DNA of 53,146 bases, counting the filler, from Catajapyx aquilonaris (taxonomy: Eukaryota), in the NCBI GenBank assembly GCA_000934665.2. It is 2 parts of 2 records of this genome, joined end to end, with 100 filler letters (N's around TTAATTAATTAA, not from the genome) between each part and the next. Parts side by side here need not be neighbours in the genome. Positions count along the whole stretch, not along the records: positions 26,651 to 53,146 come from JYFJ02005204.1; 1 more part is not named here. One strand, written 5' to 3'. Under the pieces are notes generated by a model. It was not told the origin of the DNA. It made no database searches and saw only the letters and a program-made list of their open reading frames with translations. Made by a program: the position numbers and the translations under genes. Positions 34,930-48,200 of this stretch are shown here, piece by piece (the first letter of the stretch is position 1; the number at the start of each line of letters is the position of its first letter).

Positions 34930-35145
34930 AAATACCCGCTACAAGGTGTCTAAAAATTAGCCGATGCTGGGCAAGTACTAAGTGAGATGAACAAATCACT
35001 AGATGGCGGGAGGGTGTCTGGCAGGAGGCTTGAGGTTGTAATCAGTCGTGGGAGATCCGGAGAGGAGGCTAGATTGTTGATTACCAAATGCCAGCTACAA
35101 GGTGTCTAAAAATGACCTGCTGGGCAGGTAGACTAGGGAGGTGCA
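34930..35145 (+). repeat. Old dispersed repeat with an internal direct repeat; related sequence at about 48040-48205
   Basis: gctacaaggtgtctaaaaat occurs at 34938-34957 and 35094-35113. Collinear blocks agatggcggga..gggtgtc..ggaggct..ggttgta..agtcgt..agagga..ctgctggg..caggt..tagggagg are shared with 48040-48205. Confidence 0.5.
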
Positions 35146-36007
35146 CTCCATCAAAGTGGCACTTGCTCGTGCTGAACAAATGGGCTCGAATCAAATAATC
35201 AAGAGTAATAGTCGGTGGCGGGCGGTGACTCCACAACTCCTGTAACCGGCGAAAGCTGCTGGGCCCAACTAAACCCCCGGGTGCGTTTAATTAAGAGGAA
35301 AACAAGGCGGTTATGATTGCATCAAGTAGGAGGGGCTCCCCGCGATATTTTGCTGAGGCTGGAAAAGCGAGCCTTGCGTTTGATGAAATTTCAACCGCTT
35401 TCCGACTATTACCAGCTTCCCCAAGTTTGGGAAGTGGGGCTTGCCCCGTCGTTCCCTGCATTTCTCGGGCGTGTCCATTAAATAAACGTCGTCAGCGTGC
35501 AAGCAGCGGGGCTGGAATGCGTTCGATGCCAACCACGCGGCCCGGTCATAATGCTATTAACACCCGGGGCCTCGCCGGCTGCAGCTGTTAGTGACAAACT
35601 TCACTCTGGCCGAGGCTATAGCCCTGTGCTATTCCAAACGCAGTCACAAACATGTTGTGCAAATGCCAACTAGCTAGCTGGCTTAGCTATAGGGCTCTAC
35701 CTCACCCCCACCCCCATGCCGATCATGATCAAAAAAAAAAAAGTTCTGCGCCAGAAGATTGTCACCAAATGTGCATGACAAAATTTGGGGGGGTGTCTAC
35801 GGATTGATTTTCTTGCCCCCGAAGTAGGAAGGTGTCCTCGGGGCTGAGGGTTGGCACACGACCAACGTATCTCAACATCTTTTAACTTATACCCTCCGCC
35901 TACACACAAGTTCTGCAAGCTCAGGATCACCACATCCTAATCATATTATAACATATGGATATAACTATAATATAATAATATAAATAATATATTAACAGAC
36001 CTATACA

Positions 36008-36331
36008 CAGGGTGTTTCAACTTTATTGTCCGAACAGTTATCGGAAAATTGCACGTAGCTGCTGCTTTGTAAGCAGTGACTTGCAAACGGTGATTTTTCG
36101 GAGGAACGGGGAATAATTCCCTGAGAATCCCTGAGAATCGTAGGTTGAAGTGGCATACGTGCTGCCCGCTGAAAATTGAGGGTCAAGCCTGGAAAAAATG
36201 GCATGTGTGACCCTCTTTTGCCCCATTCCCCATTCCTCCGACAAATCACCAGTTCCAAGTGGCTGCTTACAAAGTAGTAGCTACGTGCAATTTTCCGATA
36301 AGGGTTCGGACAAAAAAGTTGAAACACCCTG
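36008..36331. mobile_element. Mariner-type MITE family A, copy 2
   Basis: Homologous along its length to 28443-28772 and in the same orientation. Flanked by TACA / TGTA; contains a 10-bp internal tandem duplication ccctgagaat. Confidence 0.92.
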
Positions 36332-36341
36332 TGTAGTCTAT

Positions 36342-36343
<2 letters not shown>

Positions 36344-36423
<80 letters not shown>
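36344..36423. repeat. (TAA)n microsatellite
   Basis: Perfect trinucleotide run. Confidence 0.95.
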
Positions 36424-39400
36424 GGTATTGCGGACGATAAATTGTGTTGACTTTATAATGGGGGTTCTAATGGACCGTAGCAGTTAGTAAAGCTTTTGTG
36501 AACGATATTGTGCACATATGCCTATAGGTTTGCTAGAAGATTGCTTGCCTGAGGGAAGGCCGCGAAATGAGTTTGTTGATTACACCTACCACCTGCGGAC
36601 AGGATCTAACAGAAGATAGAGAAACTCAGGTGGGGGCTAATAGAACTACTTTGTCGATTGTGACAAACTTGTGGGGGAATTATAGACTCTGCGTATTATT
36701 TACGCACTAACATCCACGCTTTAGAGGGAAACTATTTCGAGTGGTTCGAAATTTTTTCGAACTTTTTGCTAGCCTCGGGAGCAACCTGCATGCTCAAATG
36801 GTAATGGTAGTAGGATTATTTTCGCCCGCGTACCTATAGGGCGGCCCCAAGTATCGGCCACTCTTTGAACTGCATGTGGAGCATTACTGTATGCATGCTC
36901 GGTTACAACAGTGCGAGCTGTAGTAAATGCCATGGGAAATACGTTTTTTTTTTCGGAATTGCGACTAAAAAAGTGATGGCGGAACAAATTATTGCGTACT
37001 CGTCCCTACTGTATTAATAAATCCGTTTCAATGGCGCGTGTCAACATTTTGTGGATTCAGCCACCATAACCGTAACATGTGACGAAATTTATTATAGTTA
37101 AATAGAGCCCATTGTTGTATACATAATATATTAATTTAAATCAAATTACCGCATATTGATGCTCTTGATAGCATTAATCTCCCATCTGGATAAATTTCGG
37201 GCCAAAATGGCTCTCACGGTCATTTGGGCTTTCCCCCTCGTGCTCTGATGACTGCATTGTTGGGCGAAACTGTGTGAAAGAATTGATTTTCCTGAAAATA
37301 ACTCCGGCCAGTAAGTGGAACTGAACAATTCGGAAGAGTTGGGCTAGGGCTAGGGTAGGGGGGGGGGGGGGTNGGGGGGGGGGGGCTCAGTGCTCAGCCG
37401 GTGCAAAATTAGCCTGCGTCCCTTCCAACCCCCTCCCCCCTGAAATCATATACTTGCATGGGCGCCATTTTTTAAAAAGTACAGGGTGCTACAAACTCCC
37501 TTACAAATGTGTAACTAGGGTTCCAATCCAGAGCACTCGTCGTCCTCTCGGGTGTCCGATTATCACCCAAGTTTCATGTATACACCTTTGCACAGCCCAA
37601 TATCTACCCACCGCAATGCAATATTCATACGCTATGGATTATCCGCTTAGAGGACTGGGGCCGACCTGCGCACCAACGAATAAAAAGCTCTACGTATTTT
37701 TAGGGGACCCCTGGTATTAAATAACTGGCATGTGAACTGATTTTTTGGGATGGTCATGACCAGCAGGTGGAAGGCATCGTCCTTCGAAGATCCAGAGGTC
37801 AGTCACTTCCAGCCTGAGGCCATACAACCACTTAGCAGTGGCACCGCTGCCAGGCTAGTAGACCCGGCCCACTTCGTGACCGGCTCAAAATGTATTAGTA
37901 GAGTTATGCACATACACATGAAGAGAAGATACAGCATACCAGCCACACGCCCGATAGGGTGTATTCAAATAATGTAGTTTGCCTCAAATTATATGCGGCG
38001 GTGTCAATTTGATAGTGCAGTCGACCCCGGCCCTTATATGCGTATAGGGTAGCTAATACATTTTAATGCGTCATTATCTCTCTAACAGACAGTCCCACTA
38101 CAAAGGGAACGTTGGAATAATGTAGTAAAGAGAGGGGGGGAAAGGGCTCCGACAATCGGGTAAAATCTGGTACACGGGCCAAAATATATGGTAGAAATTT
38201 TGGGTAAGGGCATTTCGCTGTACGTTAATTATCATTGGGATGAAACCTGTCTTTAACAGGGCTGAATTTTGTCGCATATATTTTTGCGGAACTCCGCTAT
38301 AGGCAGGTTTCACTGTACGCGTCCAGTAATATATGGCATGGACCTGACAATCAAATTATCGTTACATTAACATGTGGCATGTGTACGCTGCAATTAACGT
38401 AATATCGTCCAAATATTATTGTCAGTGTCCATTCTGCTAGTACAAGTAGTTCGCAATATTTGGACCCTTTTGTATAATTTTTTGCGCAGTTTATAGTAAT
38501 GTAACCCCCCGCCACTCAACCACAAAAATAGAATACATTGCACACATGACCACCCCGAATCGAACATCGTACCCAACCCGACAACCTCAAGCAGGTATAT
38601 AATTTGACTACACATGCGACACTCCAGACACAAAAACATCCGGGAAATATTTGGGTGGCCCCTCCTGGTATTGTTGAAAGTGTTGAGAGGACCAGAAAAA
38701 ATAGAGTTAGAGTCACGTCTTGATGCCTGATTAGTTTGTTGGGATGCGATGGTGCGGTGTAGATTCGGCGTGGAAAATCGTGCCTGTGCAGCTGCAAGCC
38801 CAGTTGGGGAATTCCAACTGGCTATTCCCATCCGGGGCGCAAACCCGGAAAAATAAAAACACAAGTCAGTATACAACCGATCCGGAAATACAAAAGAAAT
38901 AGCAGTGATTATTGATCCGACTATCATACAGTCAATGTTGATTCTAAGGTACTGTCCATGTTGTCCGGGTAAAAAATACGGAGGACGATCGTGCTGAATC
39001 CGCCTAAAGGTCTCCTCTAATTCTCCTTCTCCGCGCCTAATTCCTAGAAAGATCTTGGAGAAGAAACCTCTTCCGCTGCTAAGTAGGTTAATCTCGGAGC
39101 GAAGCAGATATTATTTAATGGAAAGCACAAGATTCTTAACTGGTGAAGGATTCAAAATTAGCAGTTCAGGAGTTACGGAACATCGGGTTCCTAACTTTTA
39201 ACCTCTAATCTTTTCTAATGTGCTGGTTTGTAAAAAGTGGACGGATCTAGCAATCTACCTTACCTGAAGAAGTTTTGAAGCTGACTTAATTAAGCTGGGG
39301 ATGGGGTTACAAGGTAAATCTCATCGCCGCAACTCACTCGCCCAACTTACCACCAACGGTTTCGCAAAAAGCCACCAAGGAAGCCGTCTTCTGCTACCTG

Positions 39401-39475
39401 GATTATTACGCTTACTTCAATGGAGCCAACCGCAGGGATGGCGGGAAATTCAAAATTTTAAGAGTTATGGCTTAC

Positions 39476-39800
39476 CGTGCCTCAAAAGGTCAAATCCGTC
39501 CTGTAACACTGCCCGCACTTGGCCCGTCCTGGGCGGAAGGGCCGGCGGGCCCCTTCGGATGCCGGAGGAGGCAGGGGAGGCCCGCCCGCCACCACCTGAA
39601 TTCCACCCGGCACACTTGGCCGAAGACACACACTCTTGAAGCGGAGGAACCCTCACCACACTGCACCGGCGGCCGCTCCTCCCGCACTGACTACCACTCG
39701 ATGTGTGCGCCCTCACCGCCCGTCCGCCGCTCGCGCGCCTCTCGCGCCCTTGCCTCACCCCTCTTCGGCGCACGCCTGCTCCGGACGACCCTGCTTGCTT
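39476..39800 (-). promoter_or_regulatory. CpG/GC island: candidate promoter and non-coding first exon (about 39688-39476) of an unidentified minus-strand gene
   Basis: Very GC/CpG-dense. The minus strand has a GGGCGG box (39716-39721), Inr-like TCAGT (39690-39686) and a consensus donor ACG|GTAAGC after 39476. Confidence 0.4.
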
Positions 39801-42800
39801 CTTGAGGGGCAGCAGCACGCCGCTGTCCGACCACTCTTGAATGAGTACAGGTGCAACACTTGGGAGGAGGGAGATCCGGCCCCCCTTGCTCTGACTCGCA
39901 TTCCACCTTGCCTTTTTCCCAAGATTCCCACTGGACGTGTGCCTTCCACCCACCTGCCCACCCACTCCTGCTTTTGCCCTGTCAGCTCTAAACAATGAGT
40001 TCGAGTGGATGGTGGCCACCCTTGATGGTCTAGGACCGGATTTCTTCATTCAATTTTTCGGATCTGATCTGCGACAATGGTTTCAGCCTCGAGGGATCTT
40101 CGCAAGCGAGCGAGGATGGGTCGTAGCGAGAGCGAGCGAATTATCGCACCTCGTCCGTTGACTTCTCGCCCACGCTAAAATTCGCTCGAAAACATCGGTT
40201 CTCGCCAGTGCGTGAACACACCTTAAGGGACGGTTGCATTATCGATAATAAATCCGGAACAAGTGGTTAGATGTGGATAGTTTTGATTAGCTACTTGTTA
40301 TTTTAACATCGATGCAGACGACGCTAAATGGGATTTCACGTGATTGCGCGAGTGACCTTAGTGTCACGAAACGTTTAGCGGACAAAAGTATCCTGTCGCT
40401 ATACAACTATCATCACGTGCTTTATGGCCGACCCTTCACCAAGAGATCCCACGCGTGCTTATGGCTCATCCGACCTTATCCTCCGCGTAACAGGTTATGC
40501 TCAGCTTACATAAACATGCGCAGTTCAAGGACATTCTTGTATATTACGTCTCATGGTTCATAGGTCAATCTTTGCCCCCTCTAAAGATATTATACGAACT
40601 TTCTTACGTTAAGTTCGAATGAAATTACACTATTCGAATGACATCCACACTAAATTCTTCAATCCTGAATGATTTGGATGGACATGTAGATGGGTGTTAA
40701 TACGGGTTTGAATAAGTTCCACAGGGGCCGAAGCATATCAGGCGTCTCTTAAGTAGCACGACTTCGCAGCTGGTCACGTTTCCCAGTGTGAATGGGCTTT
40801 TAATTCCAAATTTGGGGGCGTCCTCTATCCCCTACCACATGTAATACATTGAATACTAAATTAAACATAGGCCTGGTTAATGAGGTGTAATTAGCTTGAC
40901 AGGTTCTTGTGTGCCTAAGCACAATGCAATATTGTTACGGGATATCATTTAACCCAGCCATTAACGGGAAAATCCGTACTTGGAATTGGGGTCGAAGTGC
41001 AGAACAGCTGGTAATACAAAAGCAATAGGTTGAAAAACTCGGCAGACAATGTTTGCGATAATCCCACTCCATTTAAGTAATAGAATTAATGTCGCCATTA
41101 CATGATAAAAGTGAGCAAATTAGATTAGGGTCGATATTAATGCCAAATAATAATTAAAGCTATTCAAAATCTGTAGGAAAATAGGATTATTATCGGAGGT
41201 CCGTCTGCACTGTATTTACCCAACCTATTATTAATTAATTATACAATGGCATATACCCATTGTCCGTGTCCATGTTGTGTGGACTCGCATTGCCGTCATT
41301 GTGTCAAGTGCGAAACGCGTATCAAACCATACATCAGGAATTTATGGCTGCGGCATTTTCAATACAGTTTAATATACAGGTAATAATATGAATAACACAA
41401 GACGTATGCAGGTAATGTCAAATAAAAGTTTCAGCCAAAAGTGGACTGGCCCATCATTTTTTGAAATATATTTCACGCGAGATCACCTATGTAATTTGTA
41501 ACAGCACTAGTTTCAAGTATCGAAAGTACAAAAAAACAGACAAATTTGATGTACCTTTGAGTTTTCCGAAAATTCTAGACCAGCAGGCGCTGGGGGACAA
41601 GGAATTACGATAATGTCTTATCTTCTCACGTCCCACTTGCGGGTTGCAGGAAAAGTTTGTGGTTAGTCGTGTTTCGCGGGGAATTCCAAGCGACTTTCTC
41701 CAATCCCAACGATTTATGTGAGTTGCCCTATTAGATCAAGGCGGCAGTATTTTATAAGCTAGTGCGGACGATTCATTCCAAACAGCCGCCACCACGAAGA
41801 AAGGTTTATACTGCATGAGATAAACTTTTTTTTTCACCCCACAATAATACATCCAGGACTTCTGAAACCCACAATAAGGACGTGACCTTTATCAATAAAA
41901 TTTGTTTTAAAAGTAACTTTTAGTCATATTTCTAATGTTGCTTGATAGGTTTCGGCTCCTAAATGGCAGGAACTTACGGACAACTATTGGCAGTGTGTGT
42001 CAAGGTGCGAAAAAAAATTGCGAGTAGGGAACAGGTTTAGCCGGTACATTCCAAGAGAAGTGCTATGCGAAAAAAAACTCGCACAGATACGTTTTCCACC
42101 GACACACCAACAAGTGTGTAAAATGGACATGAAATGCAACTCCGAGAAGCTCGCAGATTTTAAAATACAAGGGTTTCGGTGACATCACCCTAAGAGTCGA
42201 ATTGTTGGAAACATAAAGTATGAGTTACGTACAAAAAAAGGTGGTGCTACTTGATCGTCTCTCAGAGCTCTGGAATGTTCGACTGTAAGAAACCTATCTG
42301 ATGGCAAAGGATCTGTGTTCATGAATCATCAGGGATATGCTGAACATCCATCAGCAGAGCCTACGACGTATGGTGATCGAGAAGATGAATCTCACGGAGA
42401 ATAAATTTGATCTTGACCAATGGTCAGTCACACACCCATCGACAATGTCGCGAACTGGCAAAGTGACTCACGTTTCCAAAATATTTTTCCGGCTAGTAGT
42501 CGATTGCATGCAAATAGATGCGCAGTTTTCATGCACAGAAAACAGTGTAAGTAGACGATAAAGGTCAACAATGGGGGTTAACGACATGAAACAAAAAGTA
42601 GTCAATAAGTCTGCGATTGGGGACAGCCTGCATTTTACAATATATCGACCCAGAGTAGCCGATGTCCAGTCCTATAACAGATAACCCATAAAGTGTCTGC
42701 AACAAGATATTGGTGCGACCAGCTTAGAACAAAGAAGGGGAAACATGGCCTACCTATAGCATACAAGCCCTATAGAGGCAGTTTGGTTCAAATTGCTCCC

Positions 42801-44439
42801 AATATTTCATACCGTATGTTTCCCCCCTGTTTACATAATGAACACTACTAATCAATGTAACACTGCAATTTTTTTCTTACTAATTACACCACCTATGGAA
42901 GCCAATTAGGCCTTTGATTGCTAATGAACCAGTTCAAGAAACATATTTTGAATAGTAAAGATAAGCATGTCCCTGGGCAGGTAAAGCCTAACGTGAGAGA
43001 CCCAAGACCCATAGCACCCTTCACCTCAACCTCAACATCGATTTTCACTTGCCGCCAGGATGCGCGCTCGCCTTTCCGGTTCCCTGTCGTGTCAACAGCT
43101 TTGCCCCCTCCCCACCACCCTGTGCAAATCGCATGCCAATTCCATTTCACCATGCACCCACCCACTTGGCTCACACACATTTCTTACATTGACACTATAC
43201 CTAGTACTATTCACCAAGGTAGTGTGGCTGCCATCTAACTCTACAAGTTGGAGGTGAAAAAACAAGCAGGTGTGGAGATTCACATGGGGAGATGACAAGG
43301 AAAGTGTTGCACTCAAGAGATCCCTGTGTACATATGCCAAGGCCCTCGTATAAAAGCTGTTCCGACATATTCACGTGTTGAGCACGAATTAACGTTTTGG
43401 TCGTCCAAGAATATCATCGAACAAAACCTAGCTCCAAATACGCGCTATAAATATAGTTCGCAGTGTCGCAAATAGTGTGTGTCGCAGGGCAAACAACATA
43501 CGCTGATGCCACTGGCAATATCCATTTTTCAATTTATGATGCAATAATGTTTGGTATCGATTAGCAATCATTAGACCTATTGCAAAACACTCGTGTATTC
43601 CACTCGCAAAATAGTGGTCAAGTTCGGCATGCTTTGATTGAAGAATAACAAGCTGGTACTATTCCGGGCAGCAATTCTGTTGAAGATACGAACAACCCAT
43701 GATAAAATAACATAAAATATAAGTTACTTGTGTGCAGGAGAGTTCACATGAAGAAACGTCATTTACTCGTAGTGCCACCATTTTGACATTTTTCTGCCAA
43801 ATTTTTATCGATCAGTAATGGCTTCAGCACAAAACTCGTCCACAGAATGTGGCACTGGCTTTGTCTATTTTACGTGCATTAATATCCCCGTTACAGCATT
43901 ACAAAATATCGAGGTTGTCCTTCACTTCCGTTTTTTTTGTTAACTAATGACATTACGTGCAAAACATCAAAAGCAAAAATTATTGACAAAAACAAGCCCT
44001 ACACGACAGAGACAATTCCCCCTTTCATATATAGGTTACACTGTGACCTCCAGAGTTTTGCAAGTTTCCTGGAATCTGAGTCAAAGTGGTGAAGACTCTT
44101 AAGTGGCAATCCGAAGACACCCTTCATGGCGGATAAGAGCCTTTGGCATACCTAGGTCGCGAACAGCTTTCTATACACTGCAACGACACTACAGTATTTC
44201 CAAGACTCCAGACTGACAGTGCAAACGAATTGGCATAATTGTTATCCAAAATGAAAAGCAGATTTTACAAGGCAGCATGAACAAAAGTCGTCTCTTGCCA
44301 TACTCGTAACTTCCCATTTACACGATTTGAACATTATGGAAGAAATGCCATCAACGCAGCAGGGTTCCAGGCCTATAGAATGACGGCGGAAACACATGGA
44401 GAAAATTGCTACCACAGAGTTACATAATATTGTACTCAC

Positions 44440-44473
44440 GATTTGTCACCGTTGTCCATGACTCCTGTTAGTC
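44440..44473 (-). other. Candidate 34-nt micro-exon with ATG (MDNGDK-) of an unidentified minus-strand gene
   Basis: tttattttcttttgcag|GACTAACAGGAGTCATGGACAACGGTGACAAATC|gtgagt. Textbook acceptor and donor, only one open frame, good Kozak context (GTCATGG). Confidence 0.45.
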
Positions 44474-45184
44474 CTGCAAAAGAAAATAAATGGAACAGTT
44501 ATTGTCATCAGCACGCGCGTGCAGATATACATCACAATAACCAGTACGCCTAGATTTTACAGTAGTCTATATGACAGCACACTTCCAGTGACATTATTAT
44601 TGCACGAGTGACATTCTGGACGCGACAGGTGGGCAGATTCATCATGATGACACGTCAGTTGTTTTGGCGATTAAAATTTTCAATTTCGACATTGAAGGCT
44701 GTTGTGGATTAATGAGTTCGTGCAAGGCCTGGGAATAAGCCGCATCAGTGAAACAAACTATATGAGAAAATTTCCATGACGGACTGACTGGTCAGGTTTT
44801 GCGTCAACCCTTTATTCCATGCCAGTTTTATTCCCAACCTGCCAAGCTCTGAAGGATGGCCACTCGTTGTTGAAACACCATGGGTAAGATGCAGTTAGTG
44901 GCACGTGCTACTATACCCGTACCGGTTATGCACTGAGGATTGCAGATGGAGCCCAGGACCATGAAATAAGCAAGCACGTCGCTCTAATACTGCAGCATCC
45001 CGTAATAAATTATTCTGATTCCGTAAGCCTTGCAGCGGGACTACGTCAACATGTAGGAACCATATTATTGCATGCAAATTTGTCATGTGCCCTTCACTAT
45101 TGAATCATGCATACACACACTGGAACTGATCCGCATGGGAATTTTACCCATATGACTATATCCTGAAGTCACTCTTACTTTACA

Positions 45185-45240
<56 letters not shown>
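45185..45240. repeat. (TTA)n microsatellite
   Basis: Perfect trinucleotide run. Confidence 0.95.
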
Positions 45241-48200
45241 GATGACAAAAAGTGGATGCGGTGTGGTGAGGAAGGAATCTGATTGTGGTGTGTGCAGTAA
45301 ACGCGGTGTTTGTGTAGTTCACGTTGTGAGAGTCAAAGACTGGAAAACATGTGTCCCTCAGGAATCCCTGTGATTTATGGTCCCCTATTGGTTTCAACCT
45401 CTCTGATCAACTCATCATTAACTCAACATAACCAAATACGCAACATAATCAAGAGTGGCCTTTGTGGCTATAAAAACATGGATAATTGTGTAAAAATTAA
45501 GCCTACGTAATCGCTTAACCGTTGGGGGGTGTGCTCGACGCTTGAAAATGCACATAGGCGCTGATTCACTCGTAGCTTTTCTCGTTACCGCTGCCTGTCC
45601 CTACAGATCGAATCAAAATGCGCCAATAAGCGGTATGAATACATTGAACCAGCTTTTGGTGTTGAAGAATGAATGAGTTCTAGTCTCCGGTCCTCAAGGG
45701 TTCTTAGTTAACAGCTCTCCAGCAAGAGTCATCACGTCATTCATCATTCCACAAAACAAATCTCCTCCTTCCCCCACCATCCAACTCTGTGTGGGAGGAA
45801 GTGGGAAACAGTTTCAGCTGTGAATGCCTTCTGCGGAACTTCCCACATTGTCTTCAACGGATTAATCACCGGCGCCATTACCTTCCCTAATTAAGCTTCT
45901 ATTTATAGTTATTTTCAAATGCACCCTTATTTGATATGAATATGAATGAATGGTGGAGCGCAGGACAAGCTCCCTGCTAGGATCAAATTGCCGCCTAAGC
46001 CAGCTTGATTTAAATTATCATAGCTCACGCTCCAACGATTAAGGGACTTTGTGGGAAGACTAGCTTTTCAGAGGCGACACCAACCCTATATGTGGTCTGC
46101 ATGTGTGCCTCGGGTATGGTTGGTTCGTCAAGCATCTTAGTAAGTTGTATTCGGTGCGCTTCAGGGACAATGCACGGAAAATGGTGAAATCTCTTGACAC
46201 CTTAAACGAGAAGGCTCCAAGGACGACTAGCTGCAGGTGCCTTAGGCCACTTTCATCATCATTTTTCTGGTTCAGAAGCTACTTTTTTGCCACCTCCTGC
46301 TCTAACTTGCCAGCGCACTATCTGTTCGACATAGGCCTCCCACAGTATAAACTTGAAAGAACTTGCTAGTCTCATCGCATTGTTAGTGGTGTACTGCGTG
46401 GGTACAAAGTTAAATAGGATTGGGCAAGAAAAGACAAAGGTTTTGAATGAAAGAACTAAGGCTTCAGGAATTTCCCTCTCTCTATAGCAAACTTCCAAGT
46501 ATGTACATGACAAAGGCGGAATAGACAGGAACAAAAGAAGGATGGCCAGGGGTAAGGTAAAAGAAAATAATAATCGCTGCGATGTTCCTTCCCTCTGGCG
46601 GTGGCCGTCATACACTGCAACGAAAGGAGATCTTTTCAACAAATTCGATTCAGTACGGTGAATTCAAAAGAAGCCGTAGCGTTTCCAGGAATCAAACAAA
46701 CTTGGCGCGCAATACTGGTTGTAGGAAATGCGAAACTGGCCAAATATACACAGGTGAGGCAGGTGGGGGATCGTCTACAACTTAATTAGGGCTAGCCCAG
46801 GGCGCAGTCACTAGCAGAAGACCATAAAAGAGCTGCCAGATTATTTAGGATATCCCAGACGAAAAGTTAAAGCCTCCCCTGTAAAGTTTTCATGAACACT
46901 GCGAATGTTATCCGTGCACATTTCCCACAGTTTATGAAGCAGTTGCTACAGCACTTTACCATTCAATAACGCGCGACGAGGTCGCGCTCGTTTCACTTTG
47001 CGAAAAGTTGTTTGCAGATGTACATAAAATCAGGTGTAAACTCCACCAAGTGCCATAACATGATTTAACTTTAGTAAATAAATTGCAGGCGCCGAGAGGA
47101 GAATCCAAGTCTGACCAAAACGACACTACCCATCAGGATCAATCACATTTCACCTAGTACTGTACAGTAGCGCAATTTTTTCCGCACATTTTTACACGGA
47201 CCACATTCTGGCAGAATCGTGCAGAATATGTTATCTTACTTTCACTTTTACTCCCAGCCCCATTCTAATAACTCATAATATTGTTCTGTCTAGTGGAATG
47301 TAGCGCTGGACCAGCTGACTAAACAGGATGAATATTTTTTTCCGTGTGAAATATAATACCCTCTGTGAACAAGCGTTGCAAATCATGGGCGGGGTCAGTG
47401 CAGGACAAGTCAGTGCAGCTGGTCCTGTCACAGCAAGGTGGTGAATATGATACAGTAATAATAATTAGCGTATGAGGGCCCCGAGTGCGTCCAATAGTTA
47501 CGGGCCGAGACCATAAATGGATAGCAGATAGCAGTTGAAAGGTACGCAGGTCTCGCTCCACCTGCTGCATACCGCAAAACCGGATGAGATGAAGCAGGAG
47601 ATGCCGCAGGGGGACTCAGCGACAAAAAAATTATGTCATAGAAATGTGAGGCTGGAACTGTCATTATTCAGCACATTTTGGAAGAAATTCAGCTTCTTGG
47701 AAGAGACGAATTAACAGAAGCCCCAACTCCTGCATGTTTATTATTCATATAAAAATATCTGTGCGCACTGAAGCACAAACTATGCGCATAGGCTATATAG
47801 AGCAATGAAATCATTAGCATGTGCTCAGGTATATGAATTATGCACCTGATGTTTGCAGTTCCGTAATAACAACAGGTGCATGCTTCATTGATACCCCATG
47901 CATTGCTTACGCATAAGGTATAACCCGTGGTATAACCCTTACAAATTAGATAGTAGAGTCTTAGGCAGGGTAGTGACAGGTTGGGACATCCCCTGCATCC
48001 AGTAGATGGAGTTAATTGCGAGTTGGCAGTATTGCCAAGAGATGGCGGGATGCCGGGGTGTCCGGTAGACCTGGGAGGAGGCTACAGGTTGTAGTTAGTC
48101 GTAAGACGGCCACAGAGGAATCTGATCTAATAAATAGGTGGCAATCTGTGTATTATTGGAGTGACTCTGCTGGGTCAGGTGAGATGACCTATAGGGAGGC

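Noticed and set aside
38394..38990. 177-aa minus-strand ORF and plus-strand IIDPTI / RHSRH motifs reminiscent of an RLE-type LINE
   Set aside because: The motifs are short and interrupted by stops, and no RT core is visible; not supportable without a search.
39301..40161. Stack of overlapping ORFs on both strands (up to 194 aa)
   Set aside because: Low-complexity R/P/G/A translations typical of GC-rich DNA, with no recognisable domain.
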